Below are positions 57,453 through 64,000 of a stretch of DNA of 64,000 nt, piece after piece. The translations under genes and the position numbers were made by a program. The stretch is from Prevotella sp. UBA4339 (GTDB lineage Bacteria > Bacteroidota > Bacteroidia > Bacteroidales > Bacteroidaceae). Under the pieces are notes generated by a model that was not told the DNA's origin, searched no databases, and was given only the letters and a program-made list of their open reading frames with translations. The stretch's first letter is position 1; each line of letters opens with the position of its first letter. Where the stretch lies: positions 952 through 64,951 of the forward strand of contig DGTJ01000096.1 of NCBI GenBank assembly GCA_002393725.1. The letters run 5' to 3'.

Positions 57453-57615
57453 ATATGTCGGCAGGTCTTCTGACTTGTCGTCTGGCATCAAACGTCTTCC
57501 CGAAAATCTCAGTGACTTTATGTTTGTGCCTCAATAGAAGGACGACTCACAGCAGCGGGACTGTACGGGAATTGCACCCGTTTCCCTATTAATCACCTAG
57601 GGTGAACCGATAATT
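57453..57615 (-). promoter_or_regulatory. Cobalamin riboswitch
   Basis: Minus strand reads AATAGGGAAACGGGTGCAATTCCCGTACAGTCCCGCTGCTGTGA..GTCACTG..GGGAAG..AGTCAGAAGACCTGCC (B12 box); TACCTTTG promoter box at 57620-57627. Confidence 0.93.
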
Positions 57616-57752
57616 GCTGCAAAGGTAATTGTTTATTTTGAGAAAAAGAAATATTTTATACCTTTTTTTATAAAAGTTTTGCTGTTAGGAAAAAAATACG
57701 TACCTTTGTGCACGTTATCTTTGCACTTTTATTTTTAACTTCTATATCAATT

Positions 57753-60158
57753 ATGAATTATTGTACAAAAAACTTGCGAAAACTCTCTTTTGTTTCTTTA
57801 ACTGTTATGCTCCTTGCATCAGGAAGCATACAGGCTCAGGACAGGCTTTATGCTAATGAGTTTCCACTTGGTGACGTTACTCTGCTTGACGGACCGTTGA
57901 AAAAGGCTCGCGACTTGAATATTAAGACTCTCTTGCAGTATGACTGTGACCGGTTGCTGGCACCTTACCTGAAGGAAGCAGGGCTAACTCCGAAAGCCAA
58001 GTCATATCCCAACTGGGACGGGCTTGACGGACATGTGGGAGGGCATTATCTCACAGCCTTGGCCATCAATGCTGCTACAGGCGACGAGTCATGCCGCCAG
58101 CGCATGGAATATTTCATAAGCGAGCTTCAGGCATGTGCTGATGCAAATGAAAGGAATCATCCGGAATGGGGCAAAGGCTATGTTGGCGGAGTGCCTGGAA
58201 GTGAACGCCTGTGGGCTTCATTCAAGAAGGGCGACTTTGGAGCTTATTATGGAGCATGGGTGCCTTTCTACAATATTCATAAGATGTATGCAGGACTTCG
58301 TGATGCTTGGGTGTATTGCGGAAATGAGCAGGCGAAGGCACTTTTCCTCGGATTCTGTGACTGGGCTATCGATCTTACCTCAGGGCTCTCAGATGCTCAG
58401 ATGGAGCAGATCCTTCATACCGAGCATGGAGGCATGAACGAGGTGCTGGCTGATGCATACGCTATCACCGGCAACAGGAAATATATTGACGTGGCAAAGC
58501 GATTCTCTCACCGCAGGCTGCTCTTGCCATTGTCTCAGCGACAGGATTGTCTCGATAATATGCATGCTAATACTCAAGTGCCGAAGGTTGTTGGGTTTGA
58601 ACGAATCTCAGAACTTTCTGGCGATGAGACTTATCATGATGCCAGTGCATATTTCTGGGATATCGTCACTGGTGAGCGTACTTTGGCTTTTGGAGGTAAC
58701 AGCCGTCGTGAACATTTCCCAAGTAAAGAGGCATGCAAGGACTTTGTGACAGATATCGACGGTCCTGAGACTTGTAATACCAATAATATGCTGAAACTCT
58801 CTGAGGAACTGCATCGCAGGAATCCGGAAGCCCGATTCGCAGATTTTTATGAGTTGGCAACTTTCAATCATATCCTCTCCAGCCAGCATCCTCAGCATGG
58901 TGGATATGTCTACTTTACATCGGCTCGCCCGCGACACTATCGTAATTATTCGGCTCCTAACGAGGCTATGTGGTGCTGTGTAGGCACTGGAATGGAGAAT
59001 CATGGAAAGTACGGACAGTTTGTATATACCCACAAGGGAGATGCACTGTTCGTAAACCTCTTTGTGGCTTCTGAACTGAACTGGAAGGAGAAGAATATTC
59101 TCATTCGACAGGAGACGACTTTCCCATATAGTGAGTCGAGCCGCATTACCATTGCTCAGGGTAAGGGAAAATTTGCAATGCAGGTGCGTTATCCAGGATG
59201 GGTGAAGCCAGGACAGTTTGAGGTAAGGGTAAATGGTAAGCCCGTCACGATCGTTACTGGTCCTTCATCGTATGTCACTATCGACCGGCAGTGGAAGAAG
59301 GGGGATGTGGTAGAGCTTACATTCCCGATGCATAATAGTGTAAAGTATCTGCCTAACCTGCCGCAGTATATCGCACTGATGCACGGACCAATAATGCTTG
59401 CCATGAAGACTGGTACGGAAGATTTGGCAAAACTCATAGCCGATGACAGCCGTTTCGGGCAGTTGGCTGTTGGAAAGAAGCTTCCTACAGACAAGGCTCC
59501 TATCCTTATTAATAATAATATAAGCAGCATTGCCGATCAGTTGCATCCGATAGAGGGTAAACCACTCCACTTCAACCTTTCCACAAAGATGGTTAATGAG
59601 ATCCGCAATGAGCTGATGCCGTTCTTTGAGCTTCACGATGCAAGATATATGATGTACTGGCTAGCTCTGTCGGAAGACAATTACAAAGGCTATCTGGACA
59701 ATCTGGCAAAGGCAGAGAAGGAGCGACAGGCTCTCGAAGATCGTACCGTGGATAAGGTTCAGCCAGGTGAGCAGCAACCGGAGTCAGACCATTTTATGGA
59801 GACAGATGCCTCGTTTGTGGGCAATTCCAATGATGTGTTCTATCGCGATGCCAGTGATGGTCACTATTTCAGTTATCTGATGCAGACAGGTGGACTGACT
59901 GGCCTAAGTCTTCGTCTGAAATATTGGGGCGTCGGAGAGTGGAAGAGTCATGAGTTTGACATCTTTGTCGATGATGTGCTGGTAACGTCAGTCAACAATA
60001 CGGGAAAATATCGCATCTCTGAGTTCAAGTACGAGACGTATCCTATCCCAGAGGATGTGCTGAAGGGTAAGAAGCAGGTCCGTGTGAAGTTCGTTGCCAA
60101 GCCTCGCAAGCAAATTGGTGAAATATATGAAGTAAGATTTGTTAGGAATGATAAATGA
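57753..60158 (+). CDS. Beta-L-arabinofuranosidase-like glycoside hydrolase (GH127/GH146)
   Basis: GHVGGHYL, EHGGMNE, HANTQVPK, ETCNTNNM, WCCVGTGMENH. Confidence 0.9.
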   Translation: MNYCTKNLRKLSFVSLTVMLLASGSIQAQDRLYANEFPLGDVTLLDGPLKKARDLNIKTLLQYDCDRLLAPYLKEAGLTPKAKSYPNWDGLDGHVGGHYLTALAINAATGDESCRQRMEYFISELQACADANERNHPEWGKGYVGGVPGSERLWASFKKGDFGAYYGAWVPFYNIHKMYAGLRDAWVYCGNEQAKALFLGFCDWAIDLTSGLSDAQMEQILHTEHGGMNEVLADAYAITGNRKYIDVAKRFSHRRLLLPLSQRQDCLDNMHANTQVPKVVGFERISELSGDETYHDASAYFWDIVTGERTLAFGGNSRREHFPSKEACKDFVTDIDGPETCNTNNMLKLSEELHRRNPEARFADFYELATFNHILSSQHPQHGGYVYFTSARPRHYRNYSAPNEAMWCCVGTGMENHGKYGQFVYTHKGDALFVNLFVASELNWKEKNILIRQETTFPYSESSRITIAQGKGKFAMQVRYPGWVKPGQFEVRVNGKPVTIVTGPSSYVTIDRQWKKGDVVELTFPMHNSVKYLPNLPQYIALMHGPIMLAMKTGTEDLAKLIADDSRFGQLAVGKKLPTDKAPILINNNISSIADQLHPIEGKPLHFNLSTKMVNEIRNELMPFFELHDARYMMYWLALSEDNYKGYLDNLAKAEKERQALEDRTVDKVQPGEQQPESDHFMETDASFVGNSNDVFYRDASDGHYFSYLMQTGGLTGLSLRLKYWGVGEWKSHEFDIFVDDVLVTSVNNTGKYRISEFKYETYPIPEDVLKGKKQVRVKFVAKPRKQIGEIYEVRFVRNDK

Positions 60159-62188
60159 AACATTATAAGAGAATTATGAAGAATCGAGTTTTTATCAGTG
60201 CTGCCCTCTTGGCAGTCTCTTTGGGAATCTCTGCCCAGAAGGCCATGAAAGCCCCTGCAGGTGGCAAGGCCATAAGTGATGAGTTGATAGGTATCTTCTT
60301 CGAGGACATCAGCAGTAGTGCCGATGGAGGACTCTATGCAGAGTTAGTGCAAAATGGGTCTTTTGAGTATAGTCCTGTCGAGAAAGACGGATGGGGAGCA
60401 GGAACGGCCTGGAGACAGGTTCGCCCTGGACACTCTCTGGGTTTCATGGAGGTGCGTAAGGACAATGGCATCCATCCTAACAACCCAACATACATGCGAC
60501 TTCACATCGAACGTGTGAAAGAGTATTATGACTATTCGGGCTGGAAGGGATATGGACTCCAGAACGACGGCTTTGAAGGCCTCTCAGTAAAGGCAGGCGA
60601 GAAGTACGACCTTTCGCTCTTCATGCGTAATGTAAAGGGCGGTGCCAAGTCTGTTCGTGTGGCTCTCGTGGAACCGAAGGGATGGGGTAAGGATCCTAAG
60701 CTTCTGGCAGATACACAGATTAAAGTTGAAAGCACTGGTTGGCAGAAATACGAGGCAGTGCTGACTCCTGATTCAACTTGCAAGAAGGCTGTTCTTCAAG
60801 TACTGGTTCTTAATCAGGGTGACATCGATATAGACATGGTGTCGCTGATGCCACAGGACACCTATAAGGGACATGGGCTTCGTAAGGACCTGGCTCAGGC
60901 TCTTGCTGACCTGCAGCCTAAGTTTTTGCGCTTCCCAGGTGGATGTGTCGTTCATGGAGGTGGTGACGGATTTTGGAATACTTACCGCTGGAAGACTACC
61001 ATCGGTCCGAAGGAACAGCGTCGCGGACTGAAGAATACATGGGGATATCATCAGAGCATGGGGCTGGGATACTATGAGTATTTCCAGTTCTGTGAGGATC
61101 TGGGCATGAAACCGTTGCCGATCATGCCTTGTGGCGTGAGCTGCCAGGGTGCAAACGGCGGCTGGGGAATGAAGGAACAGGCCCAGGATGCAGCTCCGAT
61201 GAGTGAGATGGATGAGTGGGCACAGGATATCCTTGACCTTATTGAGTGGGCCAATGGTGACCCTGCCACATCGAAGTGGGCCAAGATGCGTGCTGATGCA
61301 GGTCACCCGAAACCGTTCGGACTGACTATGGTAGGCATTGGCAACGAAGAGCGTATCTCACCAGAGTTTACTGAGCGCTTCAAATATATTTATAATAAGG
61401 TGCATGCAGCTCACCCGGAGATTATTATCATTGGTACTGCAGGAGTTGATTCTCACCCGTATAGCAAGCTTGATTGGGCTAACGGATGGAAGGTGGCTGA
61501 TGAGACAGGGGTTGACCTGCTTGACGAGCACTACTATGAGCCTCGTGACTATTTCCTGAAGAGTCGCCAGTATGATACTTATCCGCGTGATCGCAAGACA
61601 AAGGTTTACCTCGGAGAGTATGCCTCTAAGGATAAGAAACTTATCGATGCTCTTGCCGAGGGCCTCTATCTGCTCCACGTAGAGCGCAATGGCGATGTTG
61701 TCGCTATGACATCCTATGCTCCTCTCTTCGCAAGAAAGGGTGCAACAAACTGGAATCCGGACCTCATCTATTTCGACAATGAGCGTCCTTTCCTCACCTG
61801 CAGCTATTATGTTCAGCAGATGTTCGGACAGAGCTCTGGACAGTTCTATTATGGCGACTGCGTCAGCTTCGAGGGTGATGCTCCCGGTGTCCAGCAGCCT
61901 CAGGAGGATGTGCACTATGGTCAGTCTGTAATCCTGAATGTCAAGACTCGCAAGCTCTATGTCAAGCTGTGTAATGCCAGTGGTGAGGCAAAGACTGCAA
62001 ACCTCAACCTCAGCCGTTTCGGACTGAAGAAGATGGCTACAAAGACCACTCTCTCTGGAAATGCAAATGACGAGAATAATTATGACGCACAGCCTATCGC
62101 TCCAAAGAAAGAGCAGATAAAGGCAGCAAAGAAGACAAAGATTCAGCTTGCTCCTTACTCTATGGTAATGCTGGAGTATTCACTCTGA
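60155..62188 (+). CDS. Alpha-L-arabinofuranosidase (GH51)
   Basis: GIFFEDI..ADGGLYAELVQN, RFPGGC, IGNE, DEHYY, LGEYA, SYAPL; start 60155 or 60176. Confidence 0.92.
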   Translation: MKHYKRIMKNRVFISAALLAVSLGISAQKAMKAPAGGKAISDELIGIFFEDISSSADGGLYAELVQNGSFEYSPVEKDGWGAGTAWRQVRPGHSLGFMEVRKDNGIHPNNPTYMRLHIERVKEYYDYSGWKGYGLQNDGFEGLSVKAGEKYDLSLFMRNVKGGAKSVRVALVEPKGWGKDPKLLADTQIKVESTGWQKYEAVLTPDSTCKKAVLQVLVLNQGDIDIDMVSLMPQDTYKGHGLRKDLAQALADLQPKFLRFPGGCVVHGGGDGFWNTYRWKTTIGPKEQRRGLKNTWGYHQSMGLGYYEYFQFCEDLGMKPLPIMPCGVSCQGANGGWGMKEQAQDAAPMSEMDEWAQDILDLIEWANGDPATSKWAKMRADAGHPKPFGLTMVGIGNEERISPEFTERFKYIYNKVHAAHPEIIIIGTAGVDSHPYSKLDWANGWKVADETGVDLLDEHYYEPRDYFLKSRQYDTYPRDRKTKVYLGEYASKDKKLIDALAEGLYLLHVERNGDVVAMTSYAPLFARKGATNWNPDLIYFDNERPFLTCSYYVQQMFGQSSGQFYYGDCVSFEGDAPGVQQPQEDVHYGQSVILNVKTRKLYVKLCNASGEAKTANLNLSRFGLKKMATKTTLSGNANDENNYDAQPIAPKKEQIKAAKKTKIQLAPYSMVMLEYSL

Positions 62189-62202
62189 TGAGCCGCTGAA
62201 CG

Positions 62203-62820
62203 TCAGTTCTGTTCTAATAGGTGTGAAATGAGAATTTTCACACCTATTATTATTAATATTATACCTCCCAGAAGTTCTGGTTTCAACCTGTGGGTGATAA
62301 TCTTTCCGAACCTGAGTCCTAAATGGAATCCGATAATGCTAAAGACAAACGATACCAGCCCGATGATTATTAGTGGCAGTGTGAGTTGTGGTAGTTCAGA
62401 GTATCCTGTGCAAGCAAAAGATATGCCTACTGCAAGGGCATCGATACTCGTGGCGATGGCAAATAATAACTGAGTCTTTAGGTTACGGGGATTGAAGTGC
62501 GCTTCATCTTCATCGTCAAAACTCTCTTTCACCATCTTTCCTCCGATAAAAGCTAACAGACAGAAGGCTATCCAATGGTCGTAGGCTTCCATATAAGACT
62601 GAAACATACTTATGCCCATCCACCCCAACAATGGCATCATCGCCTGGAAAAGACCAAACAGGAGTGCCATCCGCCATATCTCATAAGGGGTATGGCCTCT
62701 GGGGATGTCATATCTCACAGAGTGTCTGACACCTTGTGAGATTATCCCACTTACGATGGAGACGGTGAAACAATCCATTGCCAATGCTATGGCCAGGAAG
62801 ATGATATCTATCAGATTCAT
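62203..62820 (-). CDS. mntP: Manganese efflux pump MntP family
   Basis: ALAMDCFTVS, DHWIAF, ATSIDALAVG, ELLGGIILI. Confidence 0.9.
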   Translation of the reverse strand: MNLIDIIFLAIALAMDCFTVSIVSGIISQGVRHSVRYDIPRGHTPYEIWRMALLFGLFQAMMPLLGWMGISMFQSYMEAYDHWIAFCLLAFIGGKMVKESFDDEDEAHFNPRNLKTQLLFAIATSIDALAVGISFACTGYSELPQLTLPLIIIGLVSFVFSIIGFHLGLRFGKIITHRLKPELLGGIILIIIGVKILISHLLEQN

Positions 62821-62944
62821 GATGGTATTTATTTGCCTGTTTTTTGCATTTTGGTTGCAAAAATACAAAAAAAGATACAGAATTCATAAACAGTCACAGA
62901 TATTTTTGTAACTTTGTGCCAAGAAACTATAATTACTAAGCGAT

Positions 62945-64000
62945 ATGAATAAGCGAATAATCTTTGCAATGCTACTCACTGCTTCGTTACAGACGATTCA
63001 AGCTGAGCAAGTTGCCATCCAGACAAAAAATGTCACGATGGTTTTAGATGTGGAAAACGGCCGTCAGCCGCAGTATGTATATTTCGGTAGTAAACTTAGT
63101 AGCTATGATTTGGCAAATCTGCAGAAACCGGTTAATGGCCGGATGGATGCTTATCCTGTCTATGGACTTAACACCCCTGCTGAGGCTGCATTCGCAATGA
63201 AACATGCAGATGGAAACATGTCTTCTGCGATGTATGTCACAGGGATGGAGAGTAAGGGAGATATTACACGTATCATGATGAAAGATCCAGTATATCCGAT
63301 AACCGTTGCACTCTGCTACAAGGCCTATCAGGATGAGGATATTATTGAGACCTGGACAGAGATTACCAATGGCGAGGCTAAGCCTGTCACTCTTACTCAG
63401 TTTGCTTCAATAAGCCTGCCTATTCGTAGAGGTAACGTATGGCTGTCGCATTTCTATGGTTCATGGGCCAACGAGGCTCGTCTTGTAGAGGAACCGCTGT
63501 TGCCTGGCGAGAAGGTAATAAAGAATAAGGATGGTACACGAAACTCTCATACCGATCATGCAGAGGTGATGTTTTCACTCGATGGCAAAGGCAGGGAGAA
63601 CACTGGTGACGTAATCGGAGCGGCTCTCTGCTATAGCGGCAACTATCAGTTGAAGATTGACACAGATGATACAGAATACCACTATTTCTTTGCAGGTATC
63701 AATCCCGATAACTCTGAATATCATCTTAAGAAAGGCGAGACATTCGTTACTCCAAAGGTTGCTCTTAGCTTCTCTAAAGCTGGTCTGTCGGGGGTTTCCA
63801 GGAATTTCCATAAGTGGGGGCGAAAGTATATGCTCATGCATGGTAATACGGAGCGTAAGATCCTGCTTAACTCTTGGGAAGGCGTGTATTTCGACATCAA
63901 CCAGAAGGGCATGGACCAGATGATGGGCGATATTGCCTCTATGGGTGGAGAGTTGTTTGTTATGGACGACGGATGGTTTGGTGACAAATATCCTCGTAAG
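62945..64000 (+). CDS. Alpha-galactosidase (GH36), runs off the end of the window
   Basis: Translated by hand: MNKRIIFAMLL..; LLNSWEGVYFD..GGELFVMDDGWFG; missing from the ORF track because it has no stop in the window. Confidence 0.92.
   Translation, partial: MNKRIIFAMLLTASLQTIQAEQVAIQTKNVTMVLDVENGRQPQYVYFGSKLSSYDLANLQKPVNGRMDAYPVYGLNTPAEAAFAMKHADGNMSSAMYVTGMESKGDITRIMMKDPVYPITVALCYKAYQDEDIIETWTEITNGEAKPVTLTQFASISLPIRRGNVWLSHFYGSWANEARLVEEPLLPGEKVIKNKDGTRNSHTDHAEVMFSLDGKGRENTGDVIGAALCYSGNYQLKIDTDDTEYHYFFAGINPDNSEYHLKKGETFVTPKVALSFSKAGLSGVSRNFHKWGRKYMLMHGNTERKILLNSWEGVYFDINQKGMDQMMGDIASMGGELFVMDDGWFGDKYPRK

Noticed and set aside
57753..64000. GH127/GH51/GH36 cluster as a novel polysaccharide utilisation locus
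   Set aside because: Ordinary hemicellulose/pectin side-chain hydrolases with no SusC/SusD pair in view.

Overview
A 64-kb fragment from a Bacteroidales genome, probably Prevotella-like (TAnnTTTG -7 promoter boxes, type IX secretion (T9SS)-type C-termini, TonB-dependent receptors (TBDRs), plant-glycan hydrolases). From left to right it holds: (i) SIMPL, a small T9SS-tagged protein with a Cthe_2159-like partner, and DUF2461; (ii) a 16-kb minus-strand operon with two TBDR/DUF4876/DUF6850-like sets and a heavy-metal-associated (HMA) protein, divergent from an M16 peptidase; (iii) a RiPP-like operon (HPr-kinase-like, S24/S26 peptidase, PqqD/RRE, ABC exporter) with no cyclase; (iv) a roughly 14-kb accessory island (about 27.6-41.6 kb); (v) pfkA, GH31, an S11 carboxypeptidase and GH3; (vi) a B12 uptake locus under a cobalamin riboswitch; (vii) GH127/146, GH51, mntP and a partial GH36. 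The island is the most unusual part. It has three unrelated toxin-antitoxin (TA) pairs with the same 5' and 3' junction motifs, plus a fourth cut at the 3' motif. It also has two unannotated YxxP-leader precursor-like peptides, a large adhesin gene between 45-bp direct repeats, and a lone VirE/VapE helicase gene between ~110-bp hairpin/iteron inverted repeats. Heptamer repeat arrays and a composite MITE-like repeat occur at gene junctions and in signal peptides throughout. All calls come from motif recognition by eye; no database searches were run.
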